NCBI RefSeq assembly: GCF_009914755.1 | Contig: NC_060938.1 | Reading direction: 5' to 3' (one strand) | DNA length: 64,000 nucleotides | Origin: the human T2T-CHM13v2.0 reference genome, Homo sapiens | In this document: positions 1 through 13,700 of the stretch, piece by piece | Numbering within the stretch: the stretch's first letter is position 1 | How the letters are laid out: each line of letters opens with the position of its first letter | The notes under the pieces: generated by a model | Told to the model about the DNA's origin: nothing | Databases searched by the model: none | The model's input: only the letters and a program-made list of their open reading frames with translations | Made by a program: the position numbers and the translations under genes

Positions 1-3000
1 TCCATTCCATTCCATTCCATTCCATTCCATTCCATTCCATTCCTTTCCACTCGGGTTGATTCAATTCCATTCTATTCCATTCCATTCCATTCCATTTCAA
101 TCGATTGCATTCCACACGGGTTGATTCAATTCCGTTCTATTCCATTGCATTCCATTTACCTCCATTATATTCCATTCCATTCCATTCCATTCCATTCCAC
201 TAGGGTTGATTCCATTCATTTCTATTCCATTCCATTCCATTCCATTCCATTCCATTCCATTCCATTCCACTCCGGTTGACTCAATTCCATTATATTGAAT
301 TCCATTCCATTCCATTCCATTCCATTCCATTCCATTCAATTCCTCTCGGGTTGAGTCGATTCCATTCTGTTCCATTCTATTCCATTCCATTCCATTCCGA
401 TCCACTTGGGTTGATTAAATACCAATATATTCCATTCCATTCCATTCCATTCCATTGCATTCCATTCCATTCCGTTCCATAACATTCCATTAAACTCGGT
501 TTAAATGAATTCCAGTCTATTCCATTCCAATCAATTCCATTCCATTCCATTCCACTCGGGTTAGTTGCATTTCATTCCATTCCATTCCATTCCATTCCAT
601 TTTATTCCATTCCACTCGGGTTGATTCAATTCCATTCTATTCCATTCCATTCAATTCCATTCCATTCCATTCCATTCCATACCATTCCATCCCATTCCAC
701 TCGGTGTTGATTCAAATCCATGCTATTCCATTCCATTCCATTCCATTACATTCCACTCGAGTTGATTCAATTCCATTCTATTCCCTTTCATTCCATTCCA
801 CTCCATTCCCTTCCATTCCATTCCACTCAGGTTAATTTAATTCAATTCTATTCCGTTCCATTCCATTCCATTCCTTTACACTCGGGTTGATTCAATTCCA
901 CTCCCTTGCATTTCACTACGTTCCATTTCATTCCATTCAATTCCATTGATTCCATTCGTGTTGATTCCATTCCATTACATTCCATTACATTCCTTTCCTT
1001 TCCATTCCCTTCCATTCCATTCCACTGCACTCCATTCCATTCCATTCCGTTAAATTCCATTCCCTTCCATTCCACAAGGGAGTTGATTTAATTCCATTCT
1101 ATTCCATTCTATTCCATTGTATTCCATTCCATTCCATTCCATTCCGTTCTATTCCACTCCATTCCATTCCTTTCCATTCCATTCCATTCCATTCCATACC
1201 ACGTGGGTTGATTCAATTCCATTCTATTCCATTGCATTCCATTGCATTCCATTCCATTCCATTTCATTCCCTTCCATTCCACTCAGGTTGATTCAATTCC
1301 GTTCTATTCTACTCCATTCCATTCCTTTCAATTCCATTCCACTTGGGTTGATTCAATTCCTTTCTATTCCACTCCATACCATTAAATTCGATTCCATTCC
1401 ATTCCATTCCCCTCCATTCCATTCCATTCCACAGGGGTTGATTCAATTCCTATCTGTTCCATTCCAGTCCTTTCCATTCAATTCCATTCCATTCCATTCC
1501 ATTCCACTCCATTCATTTCCTTTCCATTCCATTCCATTCCATTCCATCCCATCCCATTCTGTTCCACTCGGGGTTGATTCAAATCCATTCTATTCCATTC
1601 CATTCTATTCCATTCCATTCCATTCAACTCGGGTATACTCAATTGCATTCTGTTGTATTCCATTCCATTCCATTCCATTCCATTCCATTCCATTCCATTC
1701 CACTCCATTCTACTCATGTTAATGTAATTCATTTCTATTCCATTCCATTACATTACATTACATTCCACTCCATTCCATTCGGTTTGATTCCATTCCATTC
1801 TATTCAATTACATTCCTTTCCTTTCCATACCATTCCATTCCATTGCATTCCCCTTGGGTTTATTCAGTTGCATACTATTCCATTCCATTCCATTCCATTC
1901 CATTCCATTCCATTCCATTCCATTCCATTCCATTCCACTCTGGTTGATTCCATTCAATTCTATTCCATTCCATTCCATTCCAATCGAGCAGTTTCAATTC
2001 CATTCTATACCACTCCATTCCATTCCATTCCATTCCATTCCATTCCATTCCATTCCATTACATTCGGGTTGATTCAATTCCATTCTATACCTTTCCATTC
2101 CATTCCATTCCATTCCATTTCGTTCAATTGCGCTCGAGTTGATTCAATTCCATTCTATTCCATTCCATTACATTCCATTCTACTCTGGTGGGTTCCATTA
2201 CATTCCTTTCCATTCGATTCAATTCCCTTCCACTCTATTCCATTCCATTCCATTCCATTCCATTCTACTCTGGTGGGTTCCATTACTTTCCTTTCCGTTC
2301 GATTCCATTCCATTCCATTCCATTCCATTCCACTCCATTCCATTCCATTCCATTCCAATGAATTCCTTTCCTTTCCATTCCATTCCATTTAATTCCACTC
2401 GGGATGATTCATTTCCATTGAATTCCATTCCATTCCATTCCTTTCCCCTCGGGTTGATTCAATTCCATTCTACTCCATTCCATTCCATTCCATTCCATTC
2501 CATTCCATTCCATTCCATTCCATTCCATTTCATTCCATTCCATTCCATTCCATTCCATTCCATTCTATTCCATTCCATTACACACGGGTTGATTCAATTC
2601 CCTTCTATTCCATTTCATTCCATTTAACCCCATTCCATTCCATTCCATTCCATCCCATTCCATTGCATTCCGCTCGGATTGATTCAATTCCATTCTAATC
2701 CATTCCATTCCATTCCATTCCATTCCATTCCATTCCATTCCGCTCGTGTTCATTCAATTCCATTCTATTCCATTCCACTCCATTCCACTCGGGTTGATTC
2801 CATTCCACTCCATTCCATTCCATTCCATTCCATTCCATTCCATTCCATTCCATTCGATTCCATTCCTTTCCATTCCACACAGGTTAATTCAATTCAATTC
2901 TATTGCATTCGATTCCATTCCATTGCCTTTCATTCTATTCCACTCGGGTTGATTCAATTCCATTCTATTGCATTTCACTACATTGCATTCCATTCCATTC

Positions 3001-6000
3001 CTTTCCACCCCATAGCATTCTATTCCACTGCATTCCATTCGGGTTGATTCCATTCCATTCCATTGCATTCCATTCCATTCCATTCCATTCCATTCCATTC
3101 CATTCCATTCCATTCCATCCCTTTGCTTTCCATTCCATTCAATTCCATTCCACTCGGGTTGAATCAATTCCATTGTATTGAATTCCATTCCATTCCATTC
3201 CATTCCATTCCATTCCATTCCATGCCATGCCATTAAATTCCATTGCAATCCACTCGGGTTGATTCAGTTCCATTCTATTCCATTCCATGCCATTCCATTC
3301 CATTCCACTCGGATTGATTCAATTCCATTCTAATCAATTCCATTCCATTCCATTCCATTCCATTCCATTCCGCTCGTGTTCATTCAATTCCATTCTATTC
3401 CATTCCATTCCATGCCATTCCATTCCATTCCATTCCATTCCATTCCATTCCATTCCATTCCATTTCATTCCATTCGGGTTGATTCAATTCCATTCTATGC
3501 CATTCCATTCCATTCCATTCCATTCCGCTCGGGTTGATTCAATTCCATTCTATTCCCTTCCATTCCATTCTATTCGGGTAGATTCCATTACTTTCTTTTC
3601 CATTCGATTCGATTCCATTCCATTCCATTCCATTCCAGTCCATTCCCTTCCTTTCCATTCCATTCCAATGAATTCCACTTGGGTTGATTCATTTCCATTC
3701 AATTCCTTTCCATTCCATTCAGTTCCTTTCCACTCCGGTTGATTCAATTCCATTCTATTCCATTGCATTCCATTCCATTCCAATCCATTTCATTCCACAC
3801 GTGTTGTTTTGATTCCGTTCTATCCCATTGCATTCCATTTAACTCCATTGCATTCCATTCCATTCCATTCCATTCCATTCCATTGCATTCCATTCCATTC
3901 CTTTCCATTCCATTCCACTCGGGTTGATCCCATTCATTTCTAATCCATTCCATTCCATTCCATTCCATTCCATTCCATTCCATTCCATTCCATTCCATTC
4001 CAATCAAGTAGTTTCAAATCCATTCTATACCACTCCATTCCATTTCATTCAATTCCATTCCATTCCATTCCATTCCATTCCATTCTATTCCACTCCGGTT
4101 TACTCAATTTCATTATATTCTATTCCATTCCATTCAATTCAATTCCATTCCTCTCGGGTGGATTCTATTCCATTCTGTTCCATTCCATTCCATTCCGATC
4201 CACTCGGGTTGATTAAATACCATTATATTCCACTCCATTCCATTCCATTCCATTCTATTCCATTCCATTCCATTCCGATTCACTCAGGTTGATTAAATAC
4301 CATTTTATTCCATTAAATTCCATTCCATTCCATTCCATTCCATTCCATACCATTCCATTCCATTAAACTCCGTTTAAATGAATTCCAGTCTCTTCCATTC
4401 CATTCCATTCCATTCCACTCGGGTTAGTTCCATTTCATTCCATTCCATTACCTTCCATTCCATTATATTCCATTCCACTCGGCTTGATTCAATTCCTTTC
4501 TATTCCGTTCCATTCAGTTACATTCCATTCCATTGCATTCCATACCTTTGCATACCTTTCGACTCGGTGTTGATTCATATTCATTCCATTCCATTCCCTT
4601 CCATTCCATTCCATTCCATTCCACTTGGCTTGATTCAATTCCATTCTATTCCATTACATTCCATTCCATTCCACTCCATTCCTTTCCATTCCATTCCACT
4701 CAGGTTAATTCAATTCTATTCTATTCCATTCCATTCCATTCCATTCCGTTCAATTCCACTCGGTTTGATTCAATTCCATTCTATTCCATTCCATTCTACT
4801 CGGGTCGATTCCATAACTTTCCTTTCCATTCGATTCCATTCCATTCCCTTCCTTTCCATTCCATTCCATTTAATTCCACTCGGGTTGATTCATTACCATT
4901 TAATTCCATTCCATTACATTCCTTTCCACTCGGGTTGATTCAGTTCCATTCTATTCCATTCCTCTCCATTCCATTCTATTCCATTACACACTGGTTGATT
5001 CAATTCCATTCTATTCCATTGCATTCCATTTAACTCCATTCCATTCCATTCCATTCCATGCCATTCCATTCCATTCTACTCGGGTTGATTCCATTCCATT
5101 CCATTCCATTCCATTCCCTTCCATTCCATTCCGCTCGTGTTCATTCAATTCCATTCTATTCCATTCCATTCCATTCCATTCCTTTCCATTCCATTCCATT
5201 CCATTCCATTCGGGTTGATTCAATTCCATTCTATGCCATTCCATTCCATTCCTTTCCATTCCTTTCCATTCAATTCCATTGCGTTCCATTCAGCTCAGGT
5301 TGATTCAATTCCATTCTATTCCATTCCATTCCATTCCATTCTACTCGGGTGGATTCCATTACTTTCATTTCCATTCGATTCCATTCCATTCCATTCCACT
5401 CCATTCCCTTCTTTACGTTCCATTCCAATGAAACCCACTCGGGTTGATTCCATTCCATTCCATTCCATTCCATTCCATTCCATTCCATTCCATTCCATTC
5501 CATTCCTTTCCACTCGGGTTGATTCAATTCCTTTCTATTCCATTCCATTCCATTCCATTCCAATCGATTCCATTCCACACGGGTTGATTCAATTCCGTTC
5601 TATTCCATTGCATTCCATTTACCTCCATTATATTCCATTCCATTCCATTCGATTCCATTCCACTAGGGTTGATTCCATTCATTTCTATTACATTCCATTC
5701 CATTCCATTCCATTCCATTCCATTCCATTCCACTCCGGTTGACTCAATTCCATTATATTGAATTCCATTCCATTCCATTCCATTCCATTCCATTCCATTC
5801 CATTCAATTCCTCTCGGGTTGAGTCGATTCCATTCTGTTCCATTCTATTCCATTCCATTCCATTCCGATCCACTTGGGTTGATTAAATACCAATATATTC
5901 CATTCCATTCCATTCCATTCCATTGCATTCCATTCCATTCCGTTCCATAACATTCCATTAAACTCGGTTTAAATGAATTCCAGTCTATTCCATTCCAATC

Positions 6001-8050
6001 AATTCCATTCCATTCCATTCCACTCGGGTTAGTTGCATTTCATTCCATTCCATTCCATTCCATTCCATTTTATTCCAATCCACTCGGGTTGGTTCAATTC
6101 CATTCTATTCCATTCCATTCAATTCCATTCCATTCCATTCCATTCCATACCATTCCATCCCATTCCACTCGGTGTTGATTCAAATCCATGCTATTCCATT
6201 CCATTCCATTCCATTACATTACATTCCACTCGAGTTGATTCAATTCCATTCTATTCCCTTTCATTCCATTCCACTCCATTCCCTTCCATTCCATTCCACT
6301 CAGGTTAATTTAATTCAATTCTATTCCGTTCCATTCCATTCCATTCCTTTACACTCGGGTTGATTCAATTCCACTCCCTTGCATTTCACTACGTTCCATT
6401 TCATTCCATTCAATTCCATTGATTCCATTCGTGTTGATTCCATTCCATTACATTCCATTACATTCCTTTCCTTTCCATTCCCTTCCATTCCATTCCACTG
6501 CACTCCATTCCATTCCATTCCGTTAAAATCCATTCCCTTCCATTCCACAAGGGAGTTGATTTAATTCCATTCTATTCCATTCTATTCCATTGTATTCCAT
6601 TCCATTCCATTCCATTCCGTTCTATTCCACTCCATTCCATTCCTTTCCATTCCATTCCATTCCATTCCATACCACGTGGGTTGATTCAATTCCATTCTAT
6701 TCCATTGCATTCCATTGCATTCCATTCCATTCCATTTCATTCCCTTCCATTCCACTCAGGTTGATTCAATTCCGTTCTATTCTACTCCATTCCATTCCTT
6801 TCAATTCCATTCCACTTGGGTTGATTCAATTCCTTTCTATTCCACTCCATTCCATTAAATTCGATTCCATTCCATTCCATTCCCCTCCATTCCATTCCAT
6901 TCCACAGGGGTTGATTCAATTCCTATCTGTTCCATTCCAGTCCTTTCCATTCAATTCCATTCCATTCCATTCCATTCCACTCCATTCATTTCCTTTCCAT
7001 TCCATTCCATTCCATTCCATCCCATCCCATTCTGTTCCACTCGAGGTTGATTCAAATCCATTCTATTCCATTCCATTCCATTCAACTCGGGTATACTCAA
7101 TTGCATTCTGTTGTATTCCATTCCATTCCATTCCATTCCATTCCATTCCACTCCATTCCACTCATGTTAATATAATTCATTTCTATTCCATTCCATTCCA
7201 TTACATTACATTCCACTCCATTCCATTCGGTTTGATTCCATTCCATTCTATTCAATTACATTCCTTTCCTTTCCATACCATTCCATTCCATTGCATTCCC
7301 CTTGGGTTTATTCAGTTGCATTCTATTCCATTCCATTCCATTCCATTCCATTCCATTCCATTCCATTCCACTCTGGTTGATTCCATTCAATTCTATTCCA
7401 TTCCATTCCATTCCAATCGAGCAGTTTCAATTCCATTCTATACCACTCCATTCCATTCCATTCCATTCCATTCCATTCCATTCCATTCCAGGCCATTCCA
7501 TTCCATTCCACTCGGGTTGATTCAATTCCAGTATAATACATTCCATTCCATTCCGCTCGTGTTCATTCAATTCCATTCTATTCCATTCCATTCCATTCCA
7601 TTCCATTCCATTCCATTCCATTCGGGTTGATTCAATTCCATTCTATACCTTTCCATTCCATTCCATTCCATTCCATTTCGTTCAATTGCGCTCGAGTTGA
7701 TTCAATTCCATTCTATTCCATTCCATTACATTCCATTCTACTCTGGTGGGTTCCATTACATTCCTTTCCATTCGATTCAATTCCCTTCCACTCTATTCCA
7801 TTCCATTCCATTCCATTCCATTCTACTCTGGTGGGTTCCATTACTTTCCTTTCCATTCGATTCCATTCCATTCCATTCCATTCCATTCCATTCCATTCCA
7901 TTACATTACATTTCACTGAATTCCCTTCCTTTCCATTCCATTCCATTTAATTCCACTCGGGATGATTCATTTCCATTGAATTCCATTCCATTGCATTCCT
8001 TTCCCCTCGGGTTGATTCAATTCCATTCTACTCCATTCCATTCCATTCCA
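1..8050 (+). repeat. Direct duplication of ~2.4 kb (about 1-2450 and about 5470-8050), offset ~5.47-5.56 kb
   Basis: Shared variants: GATCCACTTGGG...ACCAATATA (~399 / ~5867), CCGTTCCATAAC (~472 / ~5940), CATTCCCCTTGGG (~1846 / ~7294), CAATTGCGCTCGAG (~2125 / ~7683), CAATTCCCTTCCACTCT (~2220 / ~7778). Confidence 0.85.
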
Positions 8051-11000
8051 TTCCATTCCATTCCATTCCATTCCGCTCATGTTCATTCAATTCCATTCTA
8101 TTCCATTCCATTCCATTCCTTTCCTTTCCTTTGCATTCCATTCCATTCGGGTTGATTCAATTCCATTCTATGCCTTTACATTCCATTCCATTTCATTCCT
8201 TTCCATTCAATTCCATTGCGTTCCATTCAGCTCGGGTTGATTCATTTCCATTCTATTCCATTCCATTCCATTCCATTCTACTCGGGTGGATTCCATTACT
8301 TTCATTTCCATTCGATTCCATTCCATTCCATTCCACTCCATTCCCTTCCTTTCGTTCCATTCCAATGAAACCCACTCGGGTTCATTCCATTCCATTCCAT
8401 TCCATTCCATTCCATTCCATTCCATTCCATTCCGTACCTTTCCACTCAGGTTGATTCAATTCCATTCTATTCCATTCCATTCCATTCTACTCGGGTATAC
8501 TCAATTGCATTCTGTTGTATTCCACTCCATTCCATTCCATTCTACTCCATTTCACTCATGTTAATGCAATTCATTTCTATTCCATTCCATTCCATTACAT
8601 TACATTCCACTCCATTCCATTCGGTTTGATTCCATTCCATTCTATTCAATTACATTCCTTTCCTTTCCATGCCATTCCATTCCATTGCATTCCACTAGGG
8701 TTTATTCAGTTGCATTCTATTCCATTCCATTCCATTCCATTCCATTCCATTCCATTCCATTCCATTCCATTCCACTCTGGTTGATTCCATTCAATTCTAT
8801 TCCATTCCATTCCATTCCAATCGAGCAGTTTGAATTCCATTCTGTACCACTCCATTCCATTTCATTCAATTCCATTCCATTCCATTCTATTTCACTCTGG
8901 GTGACTCAATTCCATTATATTCTATTCCATTCCATTCAATTCCATTCCTCTCAGGTTGATTCGATTCTGTTGTTTTCCATTCCATTCCTTTCCATTCCAT
9001 TCCATTCCACCCGGGTTGATTAAATACTATTATATTCCATTCGATTCCATTCCATTCCATTCCATTCCATTCCATTTCATTCCATACCATTCCATTCCAT
9101 TCCATACCATTCCATTCCATTCCACTCGGTTTAAATGAATTCCAGTCTATTCCATTCCATTCCATTCCATTCCATTCCATTCCATTCCAGGCCATTCCAT
9201 TCCATTCCACTCGGGTTGATTCAATTCCATTCTAATACATTCCATTCCATTCCATTCCCTTCCGCTCGTGTTCATTCAATTCCATTCTATTCCATTCCAT
9301 TCCATTCCATTCCATTCCAATCCATTCCATTCCATTCGGGTTGATTCAGTTCCATTCTATACCATTCCATTCCATTCCATTCCATTTCGTTCAATTGCGC
9401 TCGAGTTGATTCAATTCCATTCTATTCCATACCATTACATTCCATTCTACTCTGGTGGGTTCCATTACTTTCCTTTCCATTCGATTCCATTCGATTCCAT
9501 TCCATTCCATTCCATTCTATTCCATTCCATTCCATTCTACTCTGGTGGGTTCCATTACTTTCCTTTCCATTCGATTCCATTCCATTCCATTCCATTCCAT
9601 TCCATTATATTCCATTCCATTACATTACATTCCATTCCACTGAACTCCCTTCCTTTCCATTCCATTCCATTTAATTCCACTCGGGATGTTTCATTTCCAT
9701 TGAATTCCATTCCATTCCATTCCTTTCCCCTCGGGTTGATTCAATTCCCTTCTACTCCATTCCATTCCATTCCATTCCATTCCATTCCGCTCGTGTTCAT
9801 TCAATTCCATTCTATTCCATTCCATTCCATTCCTTTCCATTCCATTCCATTCCATTCCGTTCGGGTTGATTCAATTCCATTCTATGCCATTCCATTCCAT
9901 TGCATTCCATTCCTTTCCATTCAATTCCATTGCGTTCCATTCAGCTCTGGTTGATTCAATTCCATTCTATTCCATTCCATTCCATTCCATTCTACTCGGG
10001 TGGATTCCATTACTTTCATTTCCATTCCATTCCATTCCATTCCATTCCACTCCATTCCCTTCCTTTCGTTCCATTACAATGAAACCCACTCGGGTTGATT
10101 CCATTCCATTCCATTCCATTCCTTTCCATTCCATTCCATTCCATTGCAATCCATTCCGTTCCTTTCCACTCGGGTTGATTCAATTCCATTCTATTCCATT
10201 CCGTTCCATTCCATTCCAATCGATTCCATTCCACTAGGGTTGATTCAATTCCGTTCTATTCCATTGCATTCCATTTACCTCCATTGCATTCCATTCCATT
10301 CCATTCGATTCCATTCCACTAGGGTTGATTCCATTCATTGCTATTCCATTCCATTCCATTCCATTCAATTCCACTGCGGTTGACTCAATTCCATTATATT
10401 GAATTCCATTCCATTCCATTCCATTCCGTTCAATTCCTCTCGGGTTGAGTTGATTCCATTCTGTTCCATTCCAGTCCATTCCATTCCATTCCGATCCACT
10501 CGGGTTGATTAAATACTATTATATTCCATTCCATTCCATTCCATTCCATTCCATTCCATTCCATTCCATTCCATTCCCTACCATTCCATTCCATTAAACT
10601 CGGTTTAAATTAATTCCAGTCTATTCCATTCCAATCAATTCCATTCCATTCCATTCCACTCGGGTTAGTTGCATTTCATTCCATTCCATTCCATTCCATT
10701 CCATTATATTCCATTCCACTCGGGTTGATTCAATTCCATTCTATTCCATTCCATTCCATTCCATTCCATTCCATTCCATTCCATTCCATACCATTCCATC
10801 CCATTCCACTTGGTGTTGATTCAAATCCATGCTATTCCATTCCATTCCATTACATTTCATTCCACTCCAGTTGATTCAATTCCATTCTATTCCCTTCCAT
10901 TCCATTCCAGTCCATTCCCTTCCATTCCATTCCACTCAGGTTAATTTAATTCAATTGTATTCCGTTCCCTTCCATTCCATTCCTTTACACTCGGGTTGAT

Positions 11001-11369
11001 TCAATTCCACTCCCTTGTATTTCACTACGTTCCATTCCATTCCATTCAATTCCATTGATTCCATTCGTGTTGATTCCATTCCATTACATTCCATTACATT
11101 CCTTTCCTTTCCATTCCCTTCCATTCCATTCCACTGCACTCCATTCCATTCCATTTCGTTAAATTCCATTCTCTTCCATTCCACATGGGAGTTGATTTAA
11201 TTCCATTCTATTCCATTCTATTCCACTGTATTCCATTCCATTCCACTCCATTCCGTTCTATTCCACTCCATTCCATTCCTTTCCATTCCATTCCATTCCA
11301 TTCCATCCCACGTGGGTTGATTCAATTCCATTCTATTCCTTTGCATTCCATTCCATTCCATTCCATTTC

Positions 11370-13700
11370 ATTCCCTTCAATTCCACTCGGGTTGATTCAA
11401 TTCCATTCTATTCTACTCCATTCCATTCCTTTCAATTCCATTCCACTTGGGTTGATTCAGTTCCTTTCTATTCCACTCCATTCCATTATATTCGATTCCA
11501 TTCCATTCGATTCTCCTCCATTCCATTCCATTCCACAGGGGTTGATTCAATTCCTATCTGTTCCATTCCAGTCCTTTCCATTCAATTCCATTCCATTCCA
11601 TTCGATTCCACTACATTCATTTCCTTTCCATTCCATTCCATTCCATTCCATCCCATCCCATTCTGTTCCACTCGGGGTTGATTCAAATCCATTCAATTCC
11701 ATTCCATTCTATTCCATTCCATTCCATTCTACTCGGGTATATTCAATTGCATTCTGTTGTATTCCTTTCCTTTCCATTCCATTCCATTCCATTCCATTCC
11801 ACTCCTGTTAAAGCAATTCATTTCTATTGCATTCCATTCCATCACATTCCATTCCACTCCATTCCATTCGGTTTGATTCCATTCCATTCTATTCAATTAC
11901 ATTCCTTTCCTTTCCATACCATTCCATTCCATTGCATTCCACTTGGGTTTATTCAGTTGCATTCTATTCCATTCCATTCCATTCCATTCCATTCCATTCA
12001 ATTCCATTCCATTCCACTCGGGTTGATTCCATTCAATACTATTCCATTCCATTCCATTCCAATCGAGCAGTATCAATTACATTCTATACCACTCCATTCC
12101 ATTTCATTCAATTCCATTCCATTCCATTCTATTCCACTCTGGGTGACTCAATTCCATTATATTCTATTCCATTCCATTCAATTGCATTCCTCTCAGGTTG
12201 ACTCGATTCCATTGTTTTCCATTCCATTCCATTCCATTCCATTCCACTCGGGTTGATTAAATACCATTATATTCCATTCGAATCCATTCCATTCAATTCC
12301 ATTCCACTCGGGTTGATTAAATACCATTATATTCCATTCGATTCCATTCCATTCCATTTCATTCCATTCCATTCCATTCCATTCCATTCCATTCCATTCC
12401 ATACCATTCCATTCCATTCCACTCGGTATAAATGAATTCCAGTCTATTCCATTCCATTCCATTCCATTCCATGCCATTCCATTCCATTCCACTCGGGTTG
12501 ATTCAATTCCTTTCTAATACATTCCATTGCATTCCATTCCATTCCATTCCATTCCGATCGTGTTCATTCAATTCCATTCTATTCCATTCCATTCCATTCC
12601 ATTCCCTTCAATTCCACTCGGGTTGATTCAATTCCGTTCTATTCTACTCCATTCCATTCCTTTCAATTCCATTCCACTTGGGTTGATTCAATTCCTTTCT
12701 ATTCCACTCCATTCCATTAAATTCGATTCCATTCCATTCGATTCCCCTCCATTCCATTCCATTCCACAGGGGTTGATTCAATTCCTATCTGTTCCATTCC
12801 AGTCCTTTCCATTCAATTCCATTCCATTCCATTCTATTCCACTCCATTCATTTCCTTTCCATTCCATTCCATTCCATTCCTTCCCATCCCATTCTGTTGC
12901 ACTCGGGGTTGATTCAAATCCATTCTATTCCATTCCATTCTATTCCATTCCATTCCATTCTACTCAGGTATATTCAATTGCATTCTGTTGTATTCCATTC
13001 CATTCCATTCCATTCCATTCCATTCCATTCCACTCCATTCCACTCATGTTAACGCAATTAATTTCTATTCCATTCCATTCCATTCCATTCCATTCCATTC
13101 CACTCCATTCCATTCGGTTTGATTCCATTCCATTCTATTCAATTACATTCCTTTCCTTTCCATACCATTCCATTCCATTGCATTCCACTTGGGTTTATTC
13201 AGTTGCATTCTATTCCATTCCATTCCATTCCATTCCATTCCTTTCCACTCGGGTTGATTCCATTCAATTCTATTCCATTCCATTCCATTCCAATCGAGCA
13301 GTTTCAATTCCATTCTATACCTCTCCATTCCATTTCATTCAATTCCATTCCTTTCCATTCTATTCCACTCTGGGTGACTCAATTCCATTATATTCTATTC
13401 CATTCCATTCAATTACATTCCTCTCAGGTTGATTCGATTCTGTTGTTTTCCATTCTATTCCATTCCATTCCATTCCACTCGGGTTGATTAAATACCATTA
13501 TATTCCATTTGATTCCATTCCATTCCATTCCATTCCATTCCATTCCATACCATTCCATTCCGTTCCACTCGGTTTAAATGAATTTCAGTCTATTCGATTC
13601 CATTCCATTCCATTCCATGCCACTCCGTTCCATTCCACTCGGGTTGATTCAATTCCATTCTATACCATTCCATTCCATTCCGTTCCATTCCATTCCGCTC
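11370..13700 (+). repeat. Tandem duplication, unit ~1.23 kb
   Basis: TTCCCTTCAATTCCACTCGGG at 11371 and 12602; CCACAGGGGTTG at 11533 and 12764 (both offsets 1231). The AATCGAGCAG and TCTGGGTGACTC modules are also repeated. Confidence 0.85.

Noticed and set aside
488-520. Short palindromes and AT-rich motif TTAAACTCGGTTTAA, plus GAATTC, CTCGAG, ATCGAT, CAATTG sites
   Set aside because: Stems are 6 bp or shorter and arise from one or two substitutions in the repeat. They are too weak to call as terminators or structural elements and are useful only as restriction landmarks.
906-1091. Recurrent 61-aa '...STRELI' ORF and its antisense ~75-aa ORF, seen in many units
   Set aside because: The recurrence reflects module A of the DNA repeat. 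The ORF is altered or missing from the track in several copies, and nothing indicates coding selection.
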